Notes: generated from the sequence alone by a model not told the origin. 64,000 bases of DNA from Candidatus Methanomethylophilaceae archaeon (GCA_944320495.1 CALUHR010000005.1:160001-224000); one strand, 5' to 3'. Shown: positions 36,401-46,812, counted from the stretch's first letter. Numbers and translations are program-made.

Positions 36401-38394
36401 TCACCGTCGACAAGGATGTCACCGTGACCGTCGCCTTCGACGCCGCCACCAACGCCAGCGGAAAGCTGATCAACAGCTCGAAGGTCATCACCGTCAACGG
36501 AACCCTGATCGCCCAGAACTACGACAAGAGCGGAGTCGTCCAGAACAACGTCGTCTGCGACGTCATCGTCGACAACGAGCCCGAGAAGAAGTTCACCAGC
36601 ATCTACGTCGCCCTCGACGAGGCCGTGGCCGGAGATGTCATCAACATCACCAAGACCGGAACCCTGACCATCACCGAGGACATCGTCATCCCCGAGGACG
36701 TCAAGCTCGTCGTCCCCAGCGACTGCGACGTGGTCGTCGACGACGGTGTCACCGTGACCGTCAATGGAACCTACGAGGGAGAGGGTGCCTACGACATGAC
36801 CAACCCCGAGGATGAGAAGGACCCCGCCCAGACCATCGTCAACGGCATGTTCAAGGTGTCCAACACCTGGACCGACGAGATGAGGCAGTACGTCTCCGGA
36901 GCCTACTACTCCTACGACGGCTTCTACGTCATCTCCCCGCTGTCCGTCCTCTCCACCGTCATGGCCGACGTCGAGAGCGAGGACGCCAAGATCTACGGAA
37001 CCGTCACCGAGGGAGCCGTCACCCTGGCCTCCGAGGACGATTTCGCCGTCGTCATGACCGCGAACGCCAACCTCACCGTGACCGACCTCACCCTCGACGG
37101 TGTCAAGTTCGACTTCGCCGCCGACAAGTCCAGGGTCAACGGAACCGTCACCACCGCCGACGGAAGCTTCGCCCTGACCAACGTCATGGGAGGAGTCATC
37201 ACCGCCGAGACCGCCATCGACGGGGACAACGAGACCGTCACCGCCACCCTCACCGGCAACGTCGTGAAGACCAACCTCACCGTCGGAAACGAGAAGGTTG
37301 ATGACATCAAGGCCTCCGTGACCGTCTCCGGCACCGCCGACATCGCCGACGCCACCGCCTTCGGAGTTCCCATGACCGTCTCCAAGGACGCCGTCGTTGG
37401 AGTCGACTCCGTCAAGTTCGACGAGACCGTCACCGTCGAGGGAACCCTCAACGTCAAGAGCACCGCGGTCGAGTTCACCACCATGAACGTCACCGGAACC
37501 GTCGCAGTCGCCGACAAGGCCGCCGCCTCCGTCGACACCCTGTACCTCGGCGTCTCCAAGAACGCCACCACCAACGTCATCACCGACCTCGGTGCCGGAA
37601 CCATCTCCAACGTGACCGTCGACAGGGTCGCCTACGTCGGACCCTCCGCCTCCTTCACCGCGATCGATGCCCAGGCCGAGGACGGAACCAACGCCCTCAA
37701 GGTCACCGCCTACTACGCCGAGGACGCCCTCGTCGTGACCGCCTACGCCAACGGCACTGCGGCCACCCCTGTCAAGATCTCCGAGATCACCGCCTCCGTC
37801 CCCAACGCCTACCTCTACGGATGGGCCGACGAGGAGGGCAAGGTCATCGGCGAGAAGTACGACAACGTCGAGTACGATCCCGTCGTCGGAGCCGAGGACT
37901 GCGCCAGGGTCGATGCGAAGGTCAACTACGACATCTACGTCATCAACCTCAGGGCCGACCAGAACGCCATCAGCAGCATCTCCGTCGATGGAAACCTGAT
38001 GGAGTTCGGAATGATCCAGGGCGGAGTAGCCACCGATGGAAACGCTGGATGGTACTACGGCTACACCATCACCGTCGCCGCTGGCAGCCACACCATCCAG
38101 TACCAGCTGGCCAACGGTTACTCCGGAGAGGGTGTCCTGACCGTCAACGGAACCCAGCAGAGCGGACTGACCTTCACCACCGAGGGCAACCCGACTGGCA
38201 CCGACAAGACTGTCACCTACAACCTCCAGCTCACCGGCTTCGAGAAGTCCGGCTATGTGCCCGACTCCCCCGACACCGGAGACAGCGACTCCGGCGAGAC
38301 CGGAATGACGATCACCGACTACCTGCTGATCGTCCTCGTCGTCCTCATCATCGTCATGGCCATCATCGTGGCCATGAGGCTCATGAGGAGCTGA
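33412..38394 (+). CDS. Major surface (S-layer/adhesin-like) protein, paralog 1
   Basis: Signal peptide, T/V/G/N-rich beta-repeat body, C-terminal YDIYVINLRADQN domain and TDYLLIVLVVLIIVMAIIVAMRLMRS anchor; extreme NNC codon bias. Confidence 0.9.
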   Translation: MISSNMNKNGEKTKLLAAVAVLAMIMCVFAVAAIPSSDAVTGDEFLDGADANGVITLDADVTVSSVITVTGALTINGNGHTISAAKDFSTSGQGDKNLISIEYNEDKVVLNDVTFAGAYGVNVYDADDVTLNNVTVKDSTGAGLTVGTNSVATVNESFFSNNGWGDINVDKASTLNIDDATELTSNFQIWSEDVTAEENPSVINADSYVGYRWDKTGNDAVTDGRAYFKNGNVPADITLTSQTLTVAEGQALFIVGGSTGVIPTGITNNGIVYTIPEGTTGTVSGNTVSISGTAAIADLDATGADWNGLFDGVTSSWSIVGIAVTLSDYESVDQTNPAMNDAYPKEDGTESFPNDKKTTTLTGNETGSYWFLIPTDGSPVSVTFNGKDTNADLALTFNFDVENKATATDAASANDALKDENISEVSIDGSKLTSSTTPIVVPADKTLVIENSTADSEFAINTVDGDKTQSAKFDGVTGTIIITKGSVVMYSPDMVKDGVVTVGAGTTLRIADGTSIDGVKFVGTDDKSIVEVPRSATVTFANTVTFDDVAVNLKGTVNGGTIQVEEGATVTIDGTVTSAFVNNGGKIVNNAPSLGDIELKDGTTVIDQTSINGALGQDITVTGEVTVAKGGHIISNGTLTIAEGAKLILEEGSYLAIGATGMVVNNGTIEVQAGTEGNETFRYGGSSMDVSTTGAIDFQGANSFANAFNGSTGTDISVAGTVTVGEEAAANITGMTVAAGGNLYVYGNATGAIVNNGTVTVDTEVGCDLDVNMGNGAVLNLVNAVGTVDVADDKMSFKYQNADKPIKNPAEVTFQDVSGITVTDSLTTKVEKDTATADPDDTTRNGYGKLCISGAAGIASNVDDTLDKATITVVRGTVNVAEDATLSFVKGYTLAVNGTLAVAGSVDATAEETSINGTGTVDVTGKITSDDTIATTTVNAAWYTSGTGKDAVNVYTSLATAIADGADDIDLLGNYKIAENITIPANVKVNANSAITVTVDKDVTVTVAFDAATNASGKLINSSKVITVNGTLIAQNYDKSGVVQNNVVCDVIVDNEPEKKFTSIYVALDEAVAGDVINITKTGTLTITEDIVIPEDVKLVVPSDCDVVVDDGVTVTVNGTYEGEGAYDMTNPEDEKDPAQTIVNGMFKVSNTWTDEMRQYVSGAYYSYDGFYVISPLSVLSTVMADVESEDAKIYGTVTEGAVTLASEDDFAVVMTANANLTVTDLTLDGVKFDFAADKSRVNGTVTTADGSFALTNVMGGVITAETAIDGDNETVTATLTGNVVKTNLTVGNEKVDDIKASVTVSGTADIADATAFGVPMTVSKDAVVGVDSVKFDETVTVEGTLNVKSTAVEFTTMNVTGTVAVADKAAASVDTLYLGVSKNATTNVITDLGAGTISNVTVDRVAYVGPSASFTAIDAQAEDGTNALKVTAYYAEDALVVTAYANGTAATPVKISEITASVPNAYLYGWADEEGKVIGEKYDNVEYDPVVGAEDCARVDAKVNYDIYVINLRADQNAISSISVDGNLMEFGMIQGGVATDGNAGWYYGYTITVAAGSHTIQYQLANGYSGEGVLTVNGTQQSGLTFTTEGNPTGTDKTVTYNLQLTGFEKSGYVPDSPDTGDSDSGETGMTITDYLLIVLVVLIIVMAIIVAMRLMRS

Positions 38395-38808
38395 AGGTAA
38401 GATTCCGTCCCTCAACCTGAAAAGCAAACCCCGAGGGGTCCGTAAGGACCTCTCCCAAGGGATGGGTCGAAGGCAGACGAATCATCTAGTAACCTGAACA
38501 GGAAACCCCGACGGCCAGGTAGGGCCGTCCCGCCGATCCGGTGCCGCCAAAGGCGGCACCCGGTCGGCACAGCATTCTCCAGATCCGTCGGATCGGACTT
38601 ATCATCGTTCTCCCGAACAATCCGTTCGGATCTCTCATTGAGGAAGAATGATCCCTCCGCTCTCGGAGGGTCGGCAGTCCTTTCGGGACCGCCTGTGTTT
38701 GCTCTTCAGGTGATTGGTTACTTTCTCTTGCTATTGCTCCCCATCCCTTTGGAGGGGTCCTCACGGACCCCTCGGGGTTTCCTCTTCAGGTTGTTGGATG
38801 GTTCGCGA
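38395..38808. repeat. About 410-bp structured tail-to-tail spacer, copy 1
   Basis: Highly similar to 52182-52588; inverted ends; four AACCTGAAnAGSAAAC-type motifs; GNRA-capped hairpins. Confidence 0.85.
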
Positions 38809-41800
38809 TCAGCTCCTCATCAGGCGCATGGCCACGATGATGGCCATGACGATGATGAGGACGACGAGGACGATCAGCAGGTAGTCGGTGATCGTCATTC
38901 CGGTCTCGCCGGAGTCGCTGTCTCCGGTGTCGGGGGAGTCGGGCACGTAGCCGGACTTCTCGAAGCCGGAGAGCTGGAGGTTGTAGACCTTGACAGGGGA
39001 GTCGTATCCGGAAACGGTGGACAGCTCGCCCTCGGCGGTGAATGTCAGTCCGGACTGCTGGACTCCGTCGACGCTCAGGACGCCCTGTCCGGAGTATCCG
39101 TTGGCCAGCTGGTAGCTGATGGTGTGAGCTCCGGCCTCGACGACTGCGGTGTAGCCGTAGAAGAAGCTGCCCTTTCCATCGCTGATCATTCCGAACTGCA
39201 TGATGTTGTTGTCGATGCTGATGCTGGAGATGGCGTTCTGGTCGGCCCTGAGGTTGATGACGTAGACGTCATACTTGACCTGGGCATAGACCGCGGCCAC
39301 CTGTCCGACGCTCTTCTCGTTGGCGGAGACTCCGTCGGCATCGAGCCAGGTTCCGTTGAACCAGGCGTTCTCGACGGGGACGGCGGCCTTGATGGTGTTC
39401 TCGAGGGTGTCTCCATCGATACCGAGAGCGGGCTCGCTGGTGTAGGCGGTGATCCAGAGGGCATCCTCGACGTAGTACTCGGTGCTGTTGTCGAACACAT
39501 CCTCGTCGACGGCCACAGTGGTTCCGGCGGCGGCGTAGATGGTGTCGCATCCGACGGTTCCGTTGACGGCGGCGGAGGTGCTGGTGACGGCGAACTCGTC
39601 GTCGAGACCGACGTACATGATTCCGTTGACGATTCTCAGGTTTCCGTTGGAGTTGGTTCCATCGGCAGCGGCGACGGTGACGGTTCCGGCGACGAAGAGG
39701 TCGTCGACGGTCAGGGTCTGTCCACCGGCGACGGTGACGGTTCCGGCGACGAACAGCTTTCCGTCGATGGTGCCGTAGGTGGCGGAGACGGAGGTGCTGG
39801 TCGCGGGGACGGTCAGAGTGGCATCCGCATCGACGGTGACGTCGCCTGTGACGGCGGCGGTAGCGGCGTTGGCGCTGCTGACGATGACGGTTCCGGCGGT
39901 GACGTTGAGGGTGGCCAGGTTCTTCTTGGGAGTGTTCTTGTCGTTCGGGTCGGGGTAGTTGACGTTGGCTCCGGTGATGACGAGTCCGTTCTCGGAGTCG
40001 ACGTCGAGTCCCTTGACCTTGACGGCCTCGATGCTGGCGTCGCCGACGGTGACGGTTCCGCTGAAGACACCGGCAGCGTCGGAGTCCAGCTGGGCCCCGT
40101 TGGCGAGGACCAGGGAGGTCAGGGTGACCTCGGCCTTGGCACCGATCTTGATGACGGCGCAGTCGTCGGTGGCGGTGAAGGTGGTGTCTCCCTCGGAGAC
40201 GGTTCCGTAGATGACGATCTCGTCGAGGACGGTCGGGAGGACCGCGGCGGAGACAGCGGTGGCGACGGTGGTGACGTAGTTGTAGTCGCCGTCGGTGAAG
40301 TAGGCTCCGGAGATGTAGGATCCGTCGTCCAGGGTGTTCTTGGTGGTGTTGGACGCCTCGTAGACGACGTCCTCCATGACCTTCAGGGTGCCGGTGACGA
40401 CGATGGCGGAGGCCTCCTTGTCCTTCTCGGTGGTGGCCTTGGTGGCGAACTGCTTCTCGGCGACAATGCCCTCGTTGGGCCTGTCGGACTGGAGGGTTCC
40501 GGCGACGGTCAGGGTGACTCCGTTGTTGATGACGATCTGGGAGTCGAACGGGATGACCAGGGTGACGCCCTCCTTGACGGTGAAGTCCTTGTCGAGGGTG
40601 ACCTTGGTGGCGTCGAAGACGTTGATGACGTCTCCGGCGGTGGCCTCGGTCATGGCGGTGTAGATGTTGGTGTACTTTGCCCATCCGTTCTTGGTGAGCT
40701 TTCCGTCGGCGTCGACCTGCTTGGAGACGACGTCGGCCTTGATGGTGGTCTCGGCGGCCTTCAGGTCGGTCCTGTCGTTGAAGTACAGGGTTCCGAGGAC
40801 GTTGGTGGTTCCGACCCTGCCGTAGGTGGCACCGGCGGCGATGTCCAGCCTGACGTCCCTGTTGTCCTCGTCTCCGATGTTCAGGACGGTCTTGTCGTCC
40901 TTGAAGGTGAAGTCGATGGCGGGGACGGTGGCGGAGGTCAGGACGGTGTTGGTTCCGTAGAGGGTGATCTCGTCGATGGTGCTGTCCGCGTTGGCGGCTG
41001 CGATGGCCTCGTCGACGGTGACGTAGTTGCTGTAGTCGTCGGCGTTGACCTTGGTGACGTAGTGCGCGGCGTTGACGGTTCCGCCGATCTCGAACTCGGG
41101 CATGTAGATGTGTCCGGCGTCGGCGAGGGTGATGGTTCCGGTGCTGACGATTCCGTTGTTCAGAGCCTTGTCGGAGACAGGGACGTATCCGGAGACGGTC
41201 AGCTTGGCGGTGCTGCTGATGGTGAGCTTGGTGTTCTCCCCGATGGAGAGGGCGGCGGCATCGTTCTCGGCAGCGGAGACGGTGAAGTTGCCCTGTCCGA
41301 GCTCAACGACGGCAGCAGGGTTTCCATTGTCATTGCCATTGTAGTCGGCGGCGATGCTTCCGGAGATGTCCATGACGTTGGTGATCTTGTCGACGCCGTC
41401 CACCTTCTTGACGCTGAAGTTCTCGACGACCGTCAGGCCGGAGATGGTGGAGTTGGTTCCGGAGGAGCTGAATCCGAGACCGTTGGCGGTGACGCCGGCG
41501 GTGGATCCGATGGTCTGTTCGTCCTTCACGATGAGGCTGGCATCGGTGATGTAGAGGTATCCCCCGGTTGCCATGGCGAGTTTCTGAACCTCGACGGAGG
41601 CTCCGTCGGCCATCATGTTGATGTTGATGTTCACCTGGCAGGGGAGAAGGTTGCTGTCGATGTCGGTGGGCTCGGAGTCGATGATGATGGCTCCGCTGTT
41701 GTCGAAGGTGACCTTGTCCTTGAACTGGCCCTCGAGGGTCAGGGTGACGTCCTGGGCGACGACGATCTTGGCTCCGTCAACCTGGTAGAGGCTGGAGGAG

Positions 41801-43659
41801 TCGGAGAGGGTCGTGTTGCTGTTGACGTTGACGGTGGCCTTGGTGTTCTTGACAATCTCGGAGTCGGCACGGATGGCACCATTCTCGTCGAAGAATCCGG
41901 CGGCCATGGTGGTGTCCGCGTTGTCCTTGAGTCCGTATCCGACCATGACGGTACCGTCGATGTTGGCGGTGCCCTCGATGTTGAGGGTTCCGTAGGCGAC
42001 GGACAGGACGGCTCCCTCCTCGACGGTCAGGGTGCCCTCGACGTTGGCGGTTCCGAATCCGATCCTGGTCTTGTCGGTTCCGCACTCGGATCCTCCGATG
42101 ATGAGGACTCCGCCCTCCTCGATGACGAGGTTTCCGAGGACGTTCAGGGTTCCGGGGACGACGATGACGTTGCCATTGGTGATGGTCCAGGTCTGTCCCT
42201 CAGGTACGGTGAGATTCTGCTTGGCAGGGTACCAGTTGGTATCGATGCTGTCTCCGTACACGATCTGCTCGGAGGTGTTGTTGTTGACGTATCCGGGGGC
42301 CTCGACGGCGACTCCCATGTTACCGGAGGTGTCGTTGGTGACGGATCCGGATCCGGTGATGGCGGTGGTTCCGGTGACGTCGGCGCTGTTGGTGAACCTG
42401 CCCTCGACGTTCAGTCCCTTTCCGTATCCGGTGTCGACGGTTCCCCTGTTCCTCAGGTTGTCGGCGACGGTGATTCCGTCCGCTCCGGCAGAGAGGGTGA
42501 CTTTCTCGCTGACGGTGTTGGTTCCGGTGAGGGTGGTTCCGTTCAGCTCGTAATCGGCGGCATTCTTGGCGGCGCCGGCCCCGGTGGAGGCGAGGAAGGT
42601 GGCTCCGTCGATGGTACCTCCGGTGACGGTAGGCATGGCAGCGTCAGTGGTATCCTCTTTGATGTCTCCGTTCCAGTCCTCTGCGACCTTGACGGTGTCG
42701 GCGGAAATCTTGGAGTCATCGTCCATGGTGACTGCGGAACCGGTGTAGAGGATGACACCAGCCCTGCTGGCGTTGTTGTCCTTGTTGGCGTCGTTGACTT
42801 CGAAGGTGGAGTTGTCGGTGGTGACTTTTCCCTTGAAGGCGAGTCCCTGGACGTTGGCACCGTTGACGGTGTAGGCCAGGTTGGCGATGTTGGAGCCGTC
42901 GGCGGCGACGAGTCCGACCTCGACATCGTTCATGACGATGGTGTTGGCGGTGCCGGTGGTGGTGATGACGGTGTCCATGAAAGCGGCGGTGCCGTTGCAA
43001 ACGAGGTCGGCGTTCTCCAGCTTGAGGTTGGAGACTTTGCCCTCGCCGGTGGCGGCGATCCAGGTGGATCCGGATCCGCCGGAGACGACGGAGCCGGACT
43101 GGGACAGGGTCAGGTCGGCGTTCTTGACGCTGACGGTGGCGGTGTATCCGCCGGTGGTACCGTACTGGCTGTTGAAGATGGAGTCGGTACGGTTGTTGTC
43201 GGTGGCGTTGTCGAGGTAGACGCTGGCGTTCTCGACGTTGAAGGAGAGGTTGTCGGCATTGAAGTAGACAACCGTGGAGTAGTTGTTGGTTCCGCTGGTG
43301 ACCGTGGTTCCATCGGTGGTGATGAAGAGGTTGTAGTTCTTTCCCTCAGCGGATTTAATTGTAAGGTTTCCTGCAAGGACGAATGCAACATTCGCGGCAT
43401 CGGCATCAGAGCCGATGTCGTTAGTGAGGGTGATGGTTGCACCCGCAGCAGGCACCTCGATGATGCCGTTGGTGGCCAGAGCCTCGAGCTCGGCAACACT
43501 GCCGACCTCTTTCTCTCCGCTGAGCTCTTTGCCCGCGACGGGGTCGTAAGCATCGGCGGAGGGGGCCGCGACAACTGCCACGGCGCACACGACCATCAGC
43601 ATGGCGATGACGGCGGCGAGCAGTTTGCCGTTGTTTTTGTTCATATTCGAAGATATCAT
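38809..43659 (-). CDS. Major surface protein, paralog 2
   Basis: Starts MISSNMNKN (same start as the other paralogs); same C-terminal domain and anchor. Confidence 0.9.
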   Translation of the reverse strand: MISSNMNKNNGKLLAAVIAMLMVVCAVAVVAAPSADAYDPVAGKELSGEKEVGSVAELEALATNGIIEVPAAGATITLTNDIGSDADAANVAFVLAGNLTIKSAEGKNYNLFITTDGTTVTSGTNNYSTVVYFNADNLSFNVENASVYLDNATDNNRTDSIFNSQYGTTGGYTATVSVKNADLTLSQSGSVVSGGSGSTWIAATGEGKVSNLKLENADLVCNGTAAFMDTVITTTGTANTIVMNDVEVGLVAADGSNIANLAYTVNGANVQGLAFKGKVTTDNSTFEVNDANKDNNASRAGVILYTGSAVTMDDDSKISADTVKVAEDWNGDIKEDTTDAAMPTVTGGTIDGATFLASTGAGAAKNAADYELNGTTLTGTNTVSEKVTLSAGADGITVADNLRNRGTVDTGYGKGLNVEGRFTNSADVTGTTAITGSGSVTNDTSGNMGVAVEAPGYVNNNTSEQIVYGDSIDTNWYPAKQNLTVPEGQTWTITNGNVIVVPGTLNVLGNLVIEEGGVLIIGGSECGTDKTRIGFGTANVEGTLTVEEGAVLSVAYGTLNIEGTANIDGTVMVGYGLKDNADTTMAAGFFDENGAIRADSEIVKNTKATVNVNSNTTLSDSSSLYQVDGAKIVVAQDVTLTLEGQFKDKVTFDNSGAIIIDSEPTDIDSNLLPCQVNININMMADGASVEVQKLAMATGGYLYITDASLIVKDEQTIGSTAGVTANGLGFSSSGTNSTISGLTVVENFSVKKVDGVDKITNVMDISGSIAADYNGNDNGNPAAVVELGQGNFTVSAAENDAAALSIGENTKLTISSTAKLTVSGYVPVSDKALNNGIVSTGTITLADAGHIYMPEFEIGGTVNAAHYVTKVNADDYSNYVTVDEAIAAANADSTIDEITLYGTNTVLTSATVPAIDFTFKDDKTVLNIGDEDNRDVRLDIAAGATYGRVGTTNVLGTLYFNDRTDLKAAETTIKADVVSKQVDADGKLTKNGWAKYTNIYTAMTEATAGDVINVFDATKVTLDKDFTVKEGVTLVIPFDSQIVINNGVTLTVAGTLQSDRPNEGIVAEKQFATKATTEKDKEASAIVVTGTLKVMEDVVYEASNTTKNTLDDGSYISGAYFTDGDYNYVTTVATAVSAAVLPTVLDEIVIYGTVSEGDTTFTATDDCAVIKIGAKAEVTLTSLVLANGAQLDSDAAGVFSGTVTVGDASIEAVKVKGLDVDSENGLVITGANVNYPDPNDKNTPKKNLATLNVTAGTVIVSSANAATAAVTGDVTVDADATLTVPATSTSVSATYGTIDGKLFVAGTVTVAGGQTLTVDDLFVAGTVTVAAADGTNSNGNLRIVNGIMYVGLDDEFAVTSTSAAVNGTVGCDTIYAAAGTTVAVDEDVFDNSTEYYVEDALWITAYTSEPALGIDGDTLENTIKAAVPVENAWFNGTWLDADGVSANEKSVGQVAAVYAQVKYDVYVINLRADQNAISSISIDNNIMQFGMISDGKGSFFYGYTAVVEAGAHTISYQLANGYSGQGVLSVDGVQQSGLTFTAEGELSTVSGYDSPVKVYNLQLSGFEKSGYVPDSPDTGDSDSGETGMTITDYLLIVLVVLIIVMAIIVAMRLMRS

Positions 43660-43674
43660 AGATACATTTGGTTC
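43634..43674 (-). repeat. 41-bp start-codon repeat, inverted partner of 47109-47149
   Basis: GAACCAAATGT(A/C)TCTATGATATCTTCGAATATGAACAAAAA, one mismatch. Confidence 0.85.
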
Positions 43675-44095
43675 CCCGCCGAAAGAAAGAAGAACAGATG
43701 TGCCAGCACCATTCGGAAACCATCGGATGAGGACCCCAAGATACCAATTCCAACCCCTTCCAGGACCGTGTCGGCAGGGACCAGCATCCATTCAGGAACA
43801 GAACACGGGCCCGATACGTGTCAGACCCATTGGATGTCCGAATGCACGGGCCCCCGTCGGACGAACGGGGGCGATGATGAGGAAGTCTCGGATCAATCCC
43901 TCTTCGATCCGAGGAAGGCATGGGGTTTGCGATACTCGTCAAACGCGGGCTCGGGGATTTCCTGGAATTGAATTCCAGTTTTCTCCCGAGAGGGGCATGC
44001 CGACACATCCCCCTCGCATGTCTGCCATTCACTGGGCGTAGTGTCCTGGGACGGCGGATCAGCGACCTGGAAGGCACCCCGGCATACGTTTCGGA

Positions 44096-45304
44096 TTATT
44101 CCCCGCCGTCGTCCAGTAGCCAGTCCACGATGTTCCTGTGCCTTATCCCGCCCTCTATGGGCACCAGGAACGAATCCAGGGAGAGTACGGTCTTGGGGTA
44201 GCTGTCGCCCACGTCCCTCAGGGACCTGACCTCCCTCTCGTAGACGTCCTCGGGCAGCATCGTCTGCGTGACCTGGAAGTATTCCACCCCGCCGTTCCTC
44301 ACGGCCGTGAAGTCGACCTCCCTGTCCCTGTAGCTCCCGACCATCACCCTGTACCCCCTTCTGATGAGTTCCAGGTACACCAGATTCTCCAGCTGCCTGC
44401 TTATGTCGTTGCCGGCGGCCAGGCCCAGGGCGGTGTTCCTTATTCCCGTGTCCGACACGTAGTACTTCTCGCGGGTCTTCAGGAGCTTCTTCCCGCGTAT
44501 GTCGTACCTAGGGACCTTGTAGATCAGGAAGGCGTCCTCCAGCGCCCTCAGATAGCGACCGATCGTGTTGGGGGATGCCTTGACGGTATCGGCGATGTTC
44601 TTGCGGCTGGTGAGGTTCCCGATGTTGGACATCACGAACCTCACGATGTTCTCGAAGCGCACCTGGTCCCTAACGCCGATATGGGTCTGGATGTCCTTCC
44701 TCACCACGGTGTTGTAGATCCCAAGGAGGAGGTCGGAGGTGTACTGCTCGTCCCTGTCCAGCTCGACCGCTGGGAGGGAGCCGGTCCAGATGTACTGCTG
44801 GAGCCTCCTGTTCCTGTCCTCCTTCGGTGTTGGAGGATTGAGCTCGAGGAACTCCGAGAAGGAGAGCGGCAGCATCCTGATCTCCACATAGCGGCCGGAG
44901 ATGTAGGTGGCAAGGTCCGAGGACAGGAGGTACGCGTTCGAGCCCGTCACATATATGTCAGCGTCATAGTCCACCTGGAGGGAGTTGATGGTCCTCTCCC
45001 ATCCCTTCACCCTCTGGACCTCGTCCAGGAAGACGTAGGTCCTGTCCGTCGGCATCCTGTCGGCGAGCCATGAGTTGAGGGCCTTGGAGTCCGTTATGTC
45101 CTCGAACTGCTTCGACTCCAGGTTGGCGTAGACTATATGATCCTCCGCGACGCCCTCGGACCTGAGACGGTCCATGTACTGCATCATCAGCGTGGACTTG
45201 CCGCAGCGGCGCATGCCGGTGACCACCTTCACGACGTCGGTGTCGTCCCTGCCTTCCTCCAGCCTCTCCAGGTAGCGGCGGCGGAGGACCATCTTTCCTT
45301 TCAT
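44096..45304 (-). CDS. AAA_14-type ATPase with DUF4143 domain (paralog of 16504-17709)
   Basis: GMRRCGKST, FLDEVQ, YVTGSNA, KYYVSDTGIRN, LENLVYLEL, EVDF. Confidence 0.9.
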   Translation of the reverse strand: MKGKMVLRRRYLERLEEGRDDTDVVKVVTGMRRCGKSTLMMQYMDRLRSEGVAEDHIVYANLESKQFEDITDSKALNSWLADRMPTDRTYVFLDEVQRVKGWERTINSLQVDYDADIYVTGSNAYLLSSDLATYISGRYVEIRMLPLSFSEFLELNPPTPKEDRNRRLQQYIWTGSLPAVELDRDEQYTSDLLLGIYNTVVRKDIQTHIGVRDQVRFENIVRFVMSNIGNLTSRKNIADTVKASPNTIGRYLRALEDAFLIYKVPRYDIRGKKLLKTREKYYVSDTGIRNTALGLAAGNDISRQLENLVYLELIRRGYRVMVGSYRDREVDFTAVRNGGVEYFQVTQTMLPEDVYEREVRSLRDVGDSYPKTVLSLDSFLVPIEGGIRHRNIVDWLLDDGGE

Positions 45305-45337
45305 GATACTGAAAGGAACCGCTGAAGTTTATATTTG

Positions 45338-45392
45338 TTTCAGTCAACTGAAAACTTATCAGAGATTTGATAGTTGTTTCAGTTGAATGAAA
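45338..45392. promoter_or_regulatory. Paired operator-like palindromes upstream of the AAA ATPase
   Basis: TTTCAG-tcaa-CTGAAA (45338-53) and TTTCAG-ttga-ATGAAA (45377-92); ATATAAA on the minus strand about 25 nt before the ATG. Confidence 0.6.
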
Positions 45393-45597
45393 TAAAATGT
45401 TTGGGAATCGGACATGATGCATGATATCCCGTCCCTGATTCCATGGGCGGATCCGTTCGGGACGGTCGATGCCCGTATGTGCGGATCCCGACTCACCAGA
45501 GGATGCATTCCTCGGTGGGCCAGGTGAAATTGGGATTCGCGGCCTCGATATTGAATTGAGCAGCCTCACGCGCGATACCGCTCAACTCAAATCATAA

Positions 45598-46812
45598 TCA
45601 ATAATCTGACCACTTGAAATTCGGATTATTCTTTTTGATCAAGTCAGAATAGTGTGCAGCATCGCATATTGCATATACATAAGAGATGACAAAGGTCAGT
45701 TCTGTCACAACATAGAGATTCGTCAGATACTTGTCAGGGTTTATCTTCCTCTGCCCGATTTGATATATATCAGTATTCCACCATTCGTGCGCTAACCTAT
45801 CACGGATGTCGTCAGGAAAATCATCCGTCTTGTTTTTTGAGTCCTCATCTGTTCTGGAGTCCCGACTCATATCTGTCTTGGATTCTGCACTCTTATCGAG
45901 CAAGAAGTGTTCGTTGAGCCATCCTAATATTACATTACTATTGGTCAAGCGTTTGATTACTTCCCTGGTTCTCGGCCATCTGGATTCAACTTGATTGATG
46001 ATAGTTACTCTGAGAGCCATGTCATACGTTGCATTATTGATCCCGACTTGTCCGGACAGAACCGGTTCGACATCTCTAATCAATTTTTCCAAATAATGGC
46101 TGACATCGTCTGGGAAATCAAGAATGTGAATCTTTTGGGCGACTCTCAAAGCTATTTCTTGTATCGCCTCAGTGCTGACTGTCATACGAAAATCTACTTC
46201 TTCGTTTCCGCCGTGTCTGTTTTCGAAACATATCACATTCTCGCCTATCTTTACGTTATTATGCATGACTGCATGTCTGATATCGACCAGGATCGGATTC
46301 GGGCTGTCGTGATTGAAGAGCGGGAAGCACTCATCAAACGGCCTCAATGATTCTTTGCATTTTCCGTTTTTGCGATAAGCAATCATTCCGACAGAACTGA
46401 GAAACAGAATAGAAACCAAAGCTGGGTCACCCTCGTATCTAAAATCAACACTGGATCCCATGAATCCCAAAAGTCTGTTCATGAAGCTGGTGTTGTCAAT
46501 CACAGGGACTGGGAGTTTTACCTTGCGTCCATGTTTAGGTACATATTGAGCCCATAAGTTGTTGTTCAGATAACTGACTATCCAATTCATGCCGAAGCGG
46601 GAAGTAAGGCACTCGTCTAATGGTATCAGAAGAGTCTCAGCAGGCACATCCTTGACCAATCCTCTTTTATAGTAACTGAAGATAACGTCGAGTTCCACTA
46701 AACCCTTCCAACACCCGATGCTGGACATGAATTCCATGACAGTCTTGATGGCAGGACCTAAATTAGGTTCCAGGCCCTTGTTCATCAGTTCTATCGATCT
46801 GTCGTTTGACAT
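45598..46812 (-). CDS. AT-rich hypothetical protein with a HEPN-like R-X4-H motif
   Basis: ILVDIRHAVMHNN...ICFEN; composition differs sharply from flanks. Confidence 0.65.
   Translation of the reverse strand: MSNDRSIELMNKGLEPNLGPAIKTVMEFMSSIGCWKGLVELDVIFSYYKRGLVKDVPAETLLIPLDECLTSRFGMNWIVSYLNNNLWAQYVPKHGRKVKLPVPVIDNTSFMNRLLGFMGSSVDFRYEGDPALVSILFLSSVGMIAYRKNGKCKESLRPFDECFPLFNHDSPNPILVDIRHAVMHNNVKIGENVICFENRHGGNEEVDFRMTVSTEAIQEIALRVAQKIHILDFPDDVSHYLEKLIRDVEPVLSGQVGINNATYDMALRVTIINQVESRWPRTREVIKRLTNSNVILGWLNEHFLLDKSAESKTDMSRDSRTDEDSKNKTDDFPDDIRDRLAHEWWNTDIYQIGQRKINPDKYLTNLYVVTELTFVISYVYAICDAAHYSDLIKKNNPNFKWSDY

Noticed and set aside
38395-38808. Spacer as a MITE or IS remnant, CRISPR array, or SECIS
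   Set aside because: No target-site duplication or transposase; no regular repeat-spacer period; upstream genes have no in-frame TGA.
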